Shown here in pieces: positions 13,401 to 26,050 of a stretch of DNA of 64,000 bases (the first letter of the stretch is position 1; every line of letters begins with the position of its first letter). Made by a program: the position numbers and the translations under genes. Origin of the DNA: Lepidodermella squamata (taxonomy: Eukaryota > Animalia > Gastrotricha); NCBI GenBank assembly GCA_047495785.1, contig JBLDXI010000021.1, positions 1,736,001 through 1,800,000 on the forward strand, read 5' to 3'. The notes below the pieces were generated by a model. That model was not told the origin of the DNA and did not search any database. It was given only the letters and a program-made list of their open reading frames with translations.

Positions 13401-16350
13401 TATAGCTATAATCTATCCCTTGGCGACGGCAATGATGAACAAGATGCATTCCCAAATGCGAGTAATACATTGATAAAAACCATAATCCTCTGAGGCTAAA
13501 TAACGACCGCTAAAAATAATATTGCGGATGCGTTTTGCAACTTGGGCATTTTAGAGACGCAAAGCAACAGATCAAATTAGAGCGTGAAGCCCTTGAGAAA
13601 AATGTACCCTTCCGTCTCCAATTCGGAGTCTATAATACGGAAATGTTGTTTCGCAGTCATAACGAAATCTACTGTATATATAAGAGAATCGCCGTCCCGT
13701 GGCGGCAAGCATAAGCGATGCCGTGGCGGGGCGCGATCTCCGGAGACAGGCGACACCGTATTGCCGCTGCGGCCTGATGAGCGCACAGCGGCCTTTTCTC
13801 TCGGGCCGCAATCGATCTCCCTCGATGCCCGATACAACGTTAACTCGCTTCAACGCGCGGCGCTCCCAAATTCATTATACTGTTAGTCGTTGTTATTGAT
13901 GCTGCTGCTACTGCCTCCATGTCTGCCATTTCGATTATAATAAATTTAATTTATGGGCCTCGCGACCAGCAATTGGCGATTTGAACCGCGCGCGCAACTA
14001 TACTGCTTCCGCGATGTCGCCTTTCTGTGGTCGCCCCTTTTAGGCCACCAGTCTTGCGCTCATTCACATTTGACAGCGCTAGAGGACACGCGTCCTCGGC
14101 CAAGCCGCCTGTCAGTCTCGCGCGCATAAACGAGGTGCTCAATTGCCGTCATTATCGCTATCAACTTCTAGCGATGGCGTTTCCGCTGCTTCATTATACT
14201 TCGTCCGAGGCTGAAAGTCAAATGACAGCAGTTTCCTTTCAAATCCGTAATGAGCGACTAGGGATTTGCGATATGTACTTTGAAATGATTTGAAATACAA
14301 AACGTTCGGGTGCAATTGGAAGTAAAAAATTGAAAAATGAGTTAAATTTGATGTTTTTTTCGCAGATATTTCCTCAAATTCTTCATGAAATGTAACCAAA
14401 ACTGCTTGAAAAATGCCGGAAACCCGAGAGACATGCGACGTTTCCAGGTCGCCGTGGGAACTGTCGTCAACATCGACGGCCCCATCCTTGCGCTATCCGA
14501 CAACATGTTTGTCCATAATAATTCAAAGCACGGCAGAAGAACACGACGTGTTGAAACGGCTGCTAACGAGGCGACGGCAGCAAGTCCTCAGATCAAAGCT
14601 GTCTGCCCCAGTGAAGGATGGACAACAGGCGGACAAACTGTAATTCTAATTGGCGAGAATTTTTTCGACGGCTTACAAGTCGTGTTTGGAACGATGGTGG
14701 TTTGGAGCGAGGTAAACACAATTATTTTCTGTGTTCATGATACCACGTAGTAGGCTCATAATAACAATCGAGCCCGCAGGTTAATACGCAGCTGCACTCA
14801 TACGTATCACGATAGAATGGGTAGTTCAGTATTAAGATTGTAGAAAGGCTTATTTTCTGCCTTACCTCTAAGCCTCCCTGATGGTCTAGTGGTTAGGATT
14901 CCGCGTTCTCACCGCGGCGGCCCGGGTTCGATTCCCGGTCAGGGAACATTTTTCTTCAGTAGTTTTGTTTATTTTTTTTATTTTTTTCGGAGGTCGGCTT
15001 TGTATCTCATTCCTTTATTTTGATATTTTTTTGTTCGAAAACGTGTAACCGAAAACATAGCAGGCGTTTGATTCGTGGGATTTTATAGCTGAGTGACCAA
15101 AAAAATACGCCGCTGTGCGTGGGCGCATTCTTGCCTATACTTTTCATATACAAGCCCTTATTCATATACCTCCCTGATGGTCTAGTGGTTAGGATTCCGC
15201 GCTTTCACCGCGGCGGCCCGGGTTCGATTCCCGGTCTGGGAACATTTTTTAATTTCTTTTTCATATTTTATAATTTTTTTCCAGTTCGTGACGCCTCATG
15301 CAATCCGCGTACAAACTCCGCCTCGCCACATGCCTGGGGCCGTTGAAGTCACCCTGTCATACAAATCGAAGCAATTCTGCAAAGGATCTCCAGGCCGATT
15401 CGTCTATGTTTGTAAGTTCTGCGTGGGGTCGTATTTCCAGATGTCTTCATTTTACATTTTTTAGCACTGAACGAACCGACTATCGAATATGGATTCCAGC
15501 GTCTCGTTAAGTTGATTCCGCGCCACCCTGGGGATCCAGAGCGTTTGCCGAAAGAAATAATTTTGAAACGAGCAGCCGATTTGGCTGAGGCACTCTACCA
15601 AACATTGCCAACTTCCAATAGTTCAAGCTCTACTACCGGCGTTGGGACAAACTCGCTGTCTGGTTCTTCGCGTAGCCAACAGCACCACCAAAATGCAAAT
15701 GCTAACCAATTTGGCTTTTCATCGGGAACATCGAGAGGCAATTCAAGCAGTCTACTCAGTGGCGCAGGATCATCTTCAGTCTTGCAATCAATGGGTTCGA
15801 CTGACTTCGGCGCATGCTCAGCCGCAAGCATTTACTCTCAGCTAGCATCTGCTGAGCAACAGCAATGGGATGAAAGTGAGTACAATTGTGATGAGTTGTT
15901 GAATTTTCTTAATCAAAGCAATTATCTTTTTTAGATTATAGCCGAACTCATCTGCTCCACTCAAATCATGGATCGATGGGACTCGGAATGAGCAATTCCT
16001 CCGGCGTTGACCGGGGATCTACAGGCGGATCGTCATCGCTGTACGCATCTGCGATTTCGCCGTATGCGACAAGTGCTTACACTAACGGCTATGCTGCAGG
16101 AATGCATGGTTTGTCGTTCGTCGGTGCTATGAACCCGTTCGCTGCTCTCGGACCAGCTATGGCAGCGGCCGTGCCCTCCTCAACCTCGTCCTACCTTCCA
16201 ATATCTTCGGGCCAAGGTAGCGCGTCGTCGGCGGCTAACAACGGCTCTACCGGCTCTGGAAACGTGACGTCAGGAACTCCGGGCTCCAACGCCAACTCCA
16301 CGTCCGCGTCATCGTCAACCAATGCCAATGGCAACAGCTCGACCAAATAA
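10470..16350 (+). CDS. coe: Transcription factor Collier/Olf/EBF (COE), 7 coding exons
   Basis: [22 protein letters not shown]; zinc knuckle [24 protein letters not shown]; IPT domain (PSEGWTTGG); single-helix-2 HLH ([26 protein letters not shown]); Ser/Gly-rich tail. Confidence 0.97.
14875..14946 (+). tRNA. tRNA-Glu(CTC), inside a COE intron
   Basis: 72-nt cloverleaf TCCCTGATGGTCTAGTGG...CCGCG-TT-CTC-AC-CGCGG...GGTTCGATTCCC...TCAGGGAA, followed by a T-run terminator. Confidence 0.97.
15171..15242 (+). tRNA. tRNA-Glu(TTC), inside a COE intron; U5:U68 acceptor-stem mismatch
   Basis: Near-identical to the upstream tRNA, anticodon TTC, intact A and B boxes, downstream T6 run. Confidence 0.93.
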
Positions 16351-16959
16351 ACAAAACAAATTACTTTTACAACATTTTATCTCTGTATCTTTTTGTTTTC
16401 ACCTAAAACGTTTATTATTATATTTACCTACTATTTATTTATGTCTTCTTGTAATTTTCACATTTTTAAATTTATCTAACGGGCGACAAATGAACTATTG
16501 CTATGATTGCAGTTCCAAAATTTAAGCCTCGTTTGATTTTTCATTTTATGGCAGACTCGGAACAACGCCTATTTTTTATAGCAATAGCTTGGATTGCGCG
16601 TCTTGCCGATTTGATACTTCGCTAAATTTGCTATAAAAAATCGTCCTCATGAATTCGAATGGTACTTTGAATGGTACTTCTCGCTTGTTGTTGTGCTATC
16701 AAGCGTTGCTTTATTCGTGTTTCGATACTTGACTTTTGATACCGAGACTATCTCATAAGCGCAGAATAATAATTATCGTTCACTGCACATCCAACTTAAC
16801 AATTATATTTATATTATCGCTTCTCAAAGCTTCATAACTGAAAAATTATAATACTGTTGTTGTCAAAGAGAAATTGTGAGTGAAAGTAAAAAGAAAATGA
16901 TTCAGCCTTCTCTTATTTTATTGATACGAACAAAAAAATAATGGAAAATTTCACAATTA

Positions 16960-17913
16960 TCAAAATACATCTTCATAGGTTTGGAGTTCGCGAGGTGCCA
17001 TAGGGGGAGGAGGAGCGCTCTCAGAAGGAGGCGCCTTGATGACGATTGGAGACACAACTGCTGGAGCAGCGGCGGCGCCACTTTTTCTTTGAGCGGAACT
17101 CCACTGTTGTTGGACCTCTTCTTCATTATTCGTAGGCGTCATCGAACCAGGAGGCTGATCCATTGAGGTGGATTCGAATCTCGTCGGGGTGGGCGAATCT
17201 CCATCCCCTGCGCTTTGGGCTGCTGCAGCTGCTGCGACTAGCGGCTTAGGCAGCTTGATTTTGACTGGAACAGTCGGGCTGTAAACTGGTTCAGGATCGG
17301 TAGGTTTCATGAAAATTTCGCCCTCTTCTGCCCCAGTTGGACTAAGCAGCTGATCACCCTGGCTGCGGCTCATAGCAGAAGACCGTTTTCGACTAACGCA
17401 TTTTTGCTTCGACGAGTCGGATTGAGATTCGAAGCGTAAATGGCCTGACAGCACCAACTTGATTGCGTGTTCGCGGGCAGTTTCGCCCGAAGCTGACGTG
17501 CTATCCAGGGTTTCCATACTAACCGAGGCAGACGGTGCTTGTACCTGAGAGAGCAATGTTTCAAAAAACACGTGACTCTAATGCATTGCTACCTGCGCCG
17601 GAGTCGATTCGGCGGCTGCTTCTTCAGTGGTGACACCCCGCATTTCACGCATTTGTTCGAATTTCGATAGTAAAACGTCCTCCCAGTGCCCGAGCCGATC
17701 AGACATCGATGGCATGCTAAATTTGAAATCGTCTTCCGAATAACTCACCGAATTATTCCGCCTTGTGTTATGATGGTGCCGATGACGAGTGGAGTAACCT
17801 GTGGGGCTACTCAATTCTGGGGACGCCTGGGGTGCAGGTTGACTGATTAAATTCGAAGTTTTCAGAGTCAAACGAATGCTTGACCTCTGTTTCGACGCAT
17901 CCGGTGACATCAT
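16960..17913 (-). CDS. Orphan, largely disordered Ser/Pro-rich protein (2 exons, intron ~17546-17593)
   Basis: ORFs 17578..17928 and 16960..17571 are joined in frame by a ~48-nt GT-AG intron. Contains an EEGEI short motif. No family recognised. Confidence 0.6.
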
Positions 17914-17957
17914 TCTTGAATGTAACAATCTACATCAACAATTCATCGCAATCACAT

Positions 17958-18617
17958 CTACTTAGATTTCTTTTTCGCAGACGCGAGGTCAGATTGTCGT
18001 GAAGTGTAAAACAAAGCTGATATGATACAAGATGCGCTCAGAAAGACGGTTAAAAAAGTCACAAAATTAACGAAAGAACGATGTTTTCCTACTCCAACCG
18101 GCACAGAGAATTCTCTGTACTCTAGGTCTTTAGCAACTGCATGCCATGAACACAACTGAATGCCATCGGGTTCACATGGCGCGTGAAAAGTTTGCCCACT
18201 CTTATCCTCACCCAATACCAATATATCTGGTATCGTGAACCGGACGTTTTTATAATATGCAGCTTCGCCTGATTCATTTTCGCTAGACGGCAGCTGATAG
18301 CGAATATCTATTGGAATGCTCGTTGTTTCTTCGATAGGTGGAAAGACCGGGTAGAAGTAAAAAGTATAATCTTTTGCTCGAAAGGCAGGCGCTTCGAAAT
18401 CGATGTCATCTCCATTGGCTTCACTTGATCGAAAACGCAGAGATTCAATGAGTTTCAAGTCATGGGGATTTATCGCGAAATCAGACGAAAGACAAAGGCG
18501 AAAGACTACAGGTCGCTGCCAGTTATCGTTACCTGAGTATGCGGTGGCAAACAGCATTGTCAAGTTTACAGACAGCTGTAGGTGAAAACCAGCTTGTTGA
18601 ACAGCAAATGCACTCAT
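17958..18617 (-). CDS. PIGX: GPI mannosyltransferase I subunit PIG-X
   Basis: DIDFEAPAF, IPIDIRYQLPS and VPVG followed by a C-terminal TM helix and a dilysine ER-retrieval tail (KKKSK). Confidence 0.8.
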   Translation of the reverse strand: MSAFAVQQAGFHLQLSVNLTMLFATAYSGNDNWQRPVVFRLCLSSDFAINPHDLKLIESLRFRSSEANGDDIDFEAPAFRAKDYTFYFYPVFPPIEETTSIPIDIRYQLPSSENESGEAAYYKNVRFTIPDILVLGEDKSGQTFHAPCEPDGIQLCSWHAVAKDLEYREFSVPVGVGKHRSFVNFVTFLTVFLSASCIISALFYTSRQSDLASAKKKSK

Positions 18618-18717
18618 TTTTTTTTATATTTCTAGTGAAACGCAAATATTTTGAAAAATGTAGCCATAACAATGAGTTCTTTCCGAATTCAACAACAAAT
18701 CTTGAGCAAAGTTCTCC

Positions 18718-20036
18718 CTAATTGGACAATAGGGTCAACCTTCTCTCCTCGGGAGAGAATTCGATCGTTCCGGCATTCTTAAGCTTCTCAATGGCTTTTT
18801 CAAGTTTATCGTCGTCGATATCAGCCGATTTTTTGGACGGCCGAAACTTGCTCGAATCAGAAGCGGCTTTAACAGCGCGTTTCAACAATTTATCAAATGA
18901 CACACCCTCGGGCTTTTCTTTCAATAATTCCACTATGAAGTCATGTAATTTGAACTTCGGCAGCTCTGTTGACTCATCTGCTACTCCAATATCAGCAGTT
19001 TCGTTTGAAGTTTTCTCTTCCGCCTTCATCTTCTTCACAGGACTCGATTTTTCACTTCCATCGTTTTTTGTCCGCTTCAAGACACCATTTTTGGGGTCAT
19101 TTGATGACAAAGAAGGCAATTCAAGTGGTATTTCAGGAGATTTAACAATTTTCCATACGCGCCCGAGCAAAGCTGAGTCGACGGTGAATTTGAAACAGTT
19201 ACGCATGTATTTCTGATCAAGGTACTAGATAATTTGATTTCATAGGACCGATTGAAAAATACCTCAAGTTTTTCTTTCCCAGCTGGAATCGATCGTGGGT
19301 TCTCCAACAAAGCCTCAAGCACAGATGCAAACTGGCGATCATATCCGGCGTTGGCTAATGCATCTTTCACTCTCTAGAATAACAAAAATTCAATAATCGG
19401 CAGCTTTTAACACAAAATGTCTTACCTGTATTCTTTCCACTTGCTTCGCATATATTTTGGGTTTCGGTAGTTGTTCTTCAACTCCCCCTCCAGCCTTCGC
19501 TGTCGTAGGTTTGGCATCGGAAGACCCGGCTTTCTTAATCCCCTCATCCCCGGCAGATTTCTGGCCGCCTTTTCCGATTTCTTTAGACTGGCCCTCCGCT
19601 TTCTCGGCTTTCTTTTTTCTGTCAGGAATTTCAATAACCTTCCATATGCGATCAGTTGCAGCTGCGTCGATTTTGGAGTGGAACATAGCTTGCATGAAAG
19701 CCTGTACAAACACGAAATGGTTTTCATTATTCCGACAATCCCTGTTAACTTACATCGAACTTTTTCCGATTCTTTGGAAGAGATTCAAGGGTCAATAGCT
19801 TTCCAAGAACAATGCGCAGTTGAGGATCTCTACCCAAACGAGTCACGGCTTTCAGCAAGCGCTGGGACACAAAAGCTGTGATAGAGCAGTTGACATGATT
19901 ATAAATTTCTGATTCTCACCCGCATTTGAAGCTTTTGTCTCAACTTGCTATCGGATTTCTTCGGATTACGCGATTTTGAAACCTTTTTCGGTTTTCCAAC
20001 ACTTTCGAGTTTCCGCGAAACAACTTTCGATTCCAT
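18718..20036 (-). CDS. LYAR paralogue 3: no zinc fingers, central helical domain duplicated
   Basis: Two copies of the DAL...SIP..K.K.E|.M...F...RVW module plus the C-terminal PKFKLHDFIVELL...SFDKLLKR...IEFSPEERR domain shared with LYAR. Four short introns. Confidence 0.75.
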
Positions 20037-20133
20037 TTTGTATATAATAAATATGCTATCAAAATTATCGCTAGATAAATATAGTCCGTTGGCTAGACAA
20101 TGTTACCAAACTGATAAATCACAACAATTTATT

Positions 20134-21393
20134 TCAAGGAGAAACTAAAACCACGCGCCTTTCTTCCGGAGAAAAGTGAATACTTCCTGCCTCGGATAAC
20201 TTTTTCAATGCTTTCTCGAGTTTGGCGTCATCGAAGTCAGTCATCTTTTTTGAAGGGCGGAATCTTTCAACATCTCCCGATGTCTTAACGATTCTTTTGA
20301 GCAATTTATCAAAAGAAAGCCCGGCTGGCTTTTCTGATAGTAGTTCGACAATGAATCTACTCAAATGAAACTTAGGTAACTTCCCAGACGCCGATTCATC
20401 TTCTTCAATTTGTTCATCGCCTTTACCTTCAACATTACCACCAGTTTTTACTGCATCTGCCGATTTAGCTGGGGAATCAACAATCAGCCAGAGTTTTTCA
20501 ACAACTGCCGGATCAGCTGCGAGGCGAAAGCAGTTCCGCATGAAATTCTACAGAATAGGGATATCTTTATGAATTTAGCAATAAATGGTATCACAAACTT
20601 CAAAGCTCTTCTTATTCCCGGGTATATTGCGATGAGTGAGCACCCTTTCGATGACAAATTTTAGAGGGCTATCAGCTTCAATACTTGCAAGTGCGTCTTT
20701 TAGCTTCTGAAAGTTTAAAAAATGGATAGCTTGTGAAGGAAATGGTGTTAATTCAGACCTGGGCTCTTTGCTCTTGCTTTGCTTGAACTCTGGATTGTGC
20801 GCGCTTCTTATTTTTTGAGTCTTTTTTGGACTTGGGCTTGGCATCATTTGCTTTTTCCCCTTTTGCCTTCTTGGCTGTAGTCTGCTCGTTACCGTCAGCT
20901 TCATTGTTTGCACTGTCCATTTCATGGGCATCTCTCTTGCGGTTTATCTTGACAGCGCTAGACTCAACAATGGCCCAAATTCGTTCGATTAAAGCCGGGT
21001 CAGCAGCACCACGAATACATCCCCGCATGAAGTTCTGGCGCGAAATTATTCGGTGGTGGTTATACAAATCAGCTTGTGCCAATAATTCACTCACCTCAAA
21101 CTTGGACTTCTTGCTTGGAATATTGTCATGCGCCAGCATCCTTTTAAGCAAAGGAGCTAACTGGCGATCAGATCCGAGGCTAGCAAGAGCATTTTGGACC
21201 AGCTGGAAGCAAGCGTAACATATTAAAATTGGTGAGTTCGAGTTTTAAATCTTACCGGGATCCATTTCTCTTGCCTCAATTTTCCTTTAGTTTTAGATGC
21301 CTTTTTAGACTTGGCATCAGCCCCGTCTTCTCTTGGCTCTTTCCCACATTCTTGATCGCTCAGATCAGCTTTTTCGGCAACAATAGCAACCAT
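20134..21393 (-). CDS. LYAR paralogue 2: no zinc fingers, central helical domain duplicated
   Basis: HDNIPSKKSKFE|NFMR...IERIW followed by a second copy NIPGNKKSFE|NFMRNCF...EKLW, then the shared C-terminal domain. Confidence 0.8.
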
Positions 21394-21502
21394 TTTTAAA
21401 GTACAAGCTATGTAGAAAAATTCAAGAAAAAGTAGCGTCATTATTGATTTGGATAAATTTATCGTTTCTACGATCAGACGCAACAATTGAGCATCGCTTT
21501 TT

Positions 21503-22492
21503 TCAATGAGAAACCAAGACTACTCGCTTTTCTTTTTCTTCCGGAGAAAATTCGATTGTGCCAGATTCGGACAGCTTTTTCAACGCCTTTTCGAGCTTGG
21601 CATCGTCAAAATCAACCATTTTCTTTGACGGCCGATATTTGGTCGGATCTGAAGCTGCTTTGACAATGCGCTTCAATAATTTGTCGAAGGACAGTCCGGA
21701 TGCCTTTTCAGTCAGAAGATCAACAATATAATTATTCAGATTGAATTTTGGCAGTTCTGCTTCGTCAGCTTCCTCTTGCGCCTCCTCAGGTTGCTCCTCC
21801 TCTTTTCTTTGCTTTTTTGCTGGGCTCGGGCCGTTTTCAGCCTCCTCTACCTTACTTTCCTCTTTTCCGTTATCGCCAGTTCCATTTGCAGCTGGGGCAG
21901 GTGGCTTCGCTTGAGATTCAACAATGTTCCATATTCGTTCAATCATATTAGGATTGACCATTGAACGAAAACTGTTACGCATGAAGTTCTGGTGAAAGCC
22001 AAGAGATAAGCTGAGAACCTCGCAAAAATTATAATTTCAGACCTCAAACTTCGCCTTTTTCCTGGGAATGTTATCGTAAGTCAGCAGCCGCTCGAGTACA
22101 GAGCCCAGGTGGCGATCGGCTCCCACATTGGCAAGCGCATCTTGAACCCGCTATAACAAGCAAAAAAAGTACTAAAAAAAATCTCAAAGATTGGTATTAC
22201 CTGAGTCCATTGCTCTTGTTTCACTTGTCCTTTGTTAACTTTTGGCTGATAATTTTTGCCAGAATATTTTTCATCCTCCGTGAAACATTTGATGTGCTCT
22301 TTGTACGATTGCGCCCTGAATAAATGTGTAGAAAATGTTTCATCATTACTAGAAACGTTTAGCTCACGTAAAATCTTTGGTACAATCCACACAAGAGACG
22401 GTTTGATTTCGTCGACAAACTTGTAACAAGTGCTTATCAACTTGCTGCTTTTTCAAAGAATCGCCGCAAGCGTTGCAGATAAAAACAACCAT
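21503..22492 (-). CDS. LYAR: Cell growth-regulating nucleolar protein LYAR
   Basis: MVVFICNACGDSLKKQQVDKH...C...SCVDCTKDF...YKEHIKCFTEDEKY (two C2HC zinc fingers) and YDNIPRKKAKFENFMRNS. Three short introns. Confidence 0.93.
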
Positions 22493-22565
22493 TTCCACAG
22501 AGTTAAAAAGCTAAAATAATGAAGAACCCTGTCAAATTAAAATCAATCTGAAGAAGAGGAAGCGT

Positions 22566-22986
22566 TTATTTTTTGCGCAATGGATTGAACAACTTTGGGT
22601 CGTGGAGAAAGACCGGCTCTTTAACGTCCCAAGGCATAAAACCTGTAACAATAAGACCAATTTTAAGTTTAAATAATCCAAAAAATAGGTATCAAACCGA
22701 AATCTCGCGCCGTCTTGATAAGCTTGGTTATGTGCTGGTGCATCGGAATACATAGGCCCGTGATTTTGCTATCATATACACGACCAGTGTATGGGCTAAC
22801 AAACTGAGACAAAAGTTGGACATTCTTGTAATCCAGAGGAACGTTGTATTTGCATATTGTGCACTTTTCATGAGGCTTCTTGTAGGGGTTTTCTTTGCAA
22901 AACTCAGATGGAATGTTGCTAGCTGACGGCGCAGAGCAGAAAAATCTCTTTGACGTAGCTTGACTGATAACGCGCATAGGAATCAT
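22566..22986 (-). CDS. MRPS18C: Mitochondrial ribosomal protein S18C-like
   Basis: ENPYKKPHEKCTIC...DYKNVQLLSQFVSPYTGRVY...ITGLC...IKTARDFG|FMP...FLHDPKLF. N-terminal presequence-like segment. Confidence 0.9.
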
Positions 22987-23115
22987 AATCAAATCTATCA
23001 AAAATTACGTAATGTTTAAAAAGCTTGGTTTAATCCGCATCCAATCGTCTTTGAAAGCATCGATTCAAATATTACACGTTGATAAATATATATTTAGAAC
23101 AAGAGACCAGAGTGC

Positions 23116-24571
<1,456 letters not shown>

Positions 24572-24733
24572 GAGTAAAAAATACTAATGTAACTAAGAAT
24601 TTCAACGTTCAAAATCCATATTAACCAGCTCGCAAACGTAGCAATTTTATTACCAAAAACACAGGTAGTAACCTGAGCAAATAGGGCAGAAATCGTTAAT
24701 ATTCACAAGAAACATGTCACCAGATGCGGAAAT

Positions 24734-25012
24734 CTAGTATTCGCCTTTGTTGGCCTCATCTTCCTCTGTTTGATCGGCCTGCCGAATGAAAAGAACGTTA
24801 TTGCAACGGATGAGAACTTCACCGAGTAATCCAGTATTAGTTCCTCCCACGATTTCTTCTGTTCGCGCCAGCTGAAGATTCATGTATCCATCGGTAGCGA
24901 CAAGATATCCGCGATATTCTTGCCCCCACTTCAGCTTGACTGCAACGGGCTTTCCAACCAGGCTCGCCAAGAATGGCTTCGGGTTAACAGGTTGAAATTG
25001 AGCACCGGACAT
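24734..25012 (-). CDS. SNRPF: Small nuclear ribonucleoprotein F (SmF)
   Basis: PVNPKPFL...[24 protein letters not shown]...[15 protein letters not shown]. Confidence 0.96.
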   Translation of the reverse strand: MSGAQFQPVNPKPFLASLVGKPVAVKLKWGQEYRGYLVATDGYMNLQLARTEEIVGGTNTGLLGEVLIRCNNVLFIRQADQTEEDEANKGEY

Positions 25013-25317
25013 TTGTGTGAATAAAACACTAAACATATGAACACATGAAGCAAAACAAAGACAACGACGAAAAAAACCTGCAATAAAGCTCAGCCTTAAC
25101 AGCTTTCGGTTGCTATTTTTTTGAACAAATTTACAAAGAACTAAGTTTATAATGGAAGGATGTTGAATAATAAATAATAATGACTTGGAAAGCCCGAATC
25201 CCAGGATATATCGCTAAAAGTCACATCAAGGGATAAAAGGTAGGTTTATATCATTCGCATGCATTTAAACTCTATCACTATATTAGGAGTCAAATGATAC
25301 TTCCGTGTTACAAATTT

Positions 25318-25459
25318 TTGGATGTGGCTATTCGGACACAAAATTGTGTGTCACGCAATGGCTATTCGAACACAGTGTGTGTGCGTGACTGGCTACTCGA
25401 ACACAAGTGGGCGTGAAGTGGTGTGTGCGCGCATTCGGCTATTTGAACACAGCATCCTA
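25318..25459. repeat. Four 16-nt direct repeats (YGGCTATTCGAACACA) with non-identical spacers, bounded by GGATG/CATCC; MITE-like
   Basis: Repeats at 25325, 25359, 25390 and 25436; spacers of 18, 15 and 30 nt; short inverted termini TWGGATG...CATCCTA. Confidence 0.6.
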
Positions 25460-26023
25460 AGTCACCTGCTAATCACCGAAATCCGGATTTTAACTACTCT
25501 TTTGTTAGTCCGGAAAATGCTAAAACTGCGAAAATTCGAAATACCAGAATAACGGGAAAATACCCGGTCCAAAATTTGAGCGCGCATTAGCATCAGCAAT
25601 AAAGGCGATAAAGCAATAAAGCAATAAAGGCCACTCCCAAATTTTTTTCCCAATGCTTTGGTAGTAAACCCCTAACCTTAATTTCAGGCTACTCTGCAAT
25701 TCTGTGAGCTATTTTCAACTTTGCGCCCGGCGAATAAAAGCTATGCGCCTGAAGATTGAAGATGCATTCCCATGTCCTATCGGGAATCGGGAAACGAAGA
25801 GATCTGATCCTCGTTGCAAAATGCTAAAACCGGCTGTTTAAGTGTTTTGGGTTTTGGGTATTTATTTAGTTTTCATGGATGTTTTCAAGTCAAAATCTGC
25901 GATTTTTCACTAGACATATTAAAAAATTTATCATAACAAGAAAATGATGAAATTCCATAATTTCTCACGATTGGTAAAAATCGGGCGCATTATTTTGATG
26001 CCAAACCAGTTTTCAAACAAACA

Positions 26024-26050
26024 TTTCTTTCTTTCTTTCTTTCTTTCTTT
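26024..26050. repeat. (TTTC)n microsatellite
   Basis: Read directly from the sequence. Confidence 0.85.

Noticed and set aside
13572-14293. Several 60-100-aa ORFs within the large COE intron
   Set aside because: Overlapping frames in GC-rich patches, mostly non-ATG starts, no domain or exon structure.
17914-17960. Stop-codon readthrough fusing PIG-X to the next ORF
   Set aside because: The two frames are out of phase, and PIG-X ends in a normal terminal dilysine signal.
25325-25451. CRISPR array
   Set aside because: Eukaryotic context, no cas genes, repeats of only 16 nt, irregular and mutually similar spacers.
25660-25830. Telomerase RNA candidate (AACCCTAACC template-like 10-mer followed by hairpins)
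   Set aside because: A 10-nt match to any (CCCTAA)n permutation is expected roughly once by chance in 64 kb on two strands. No convincing pseudoknot, P6.1 or H/ACA domain was found, and the motif reads better as a TAGGGTTT transposon end.
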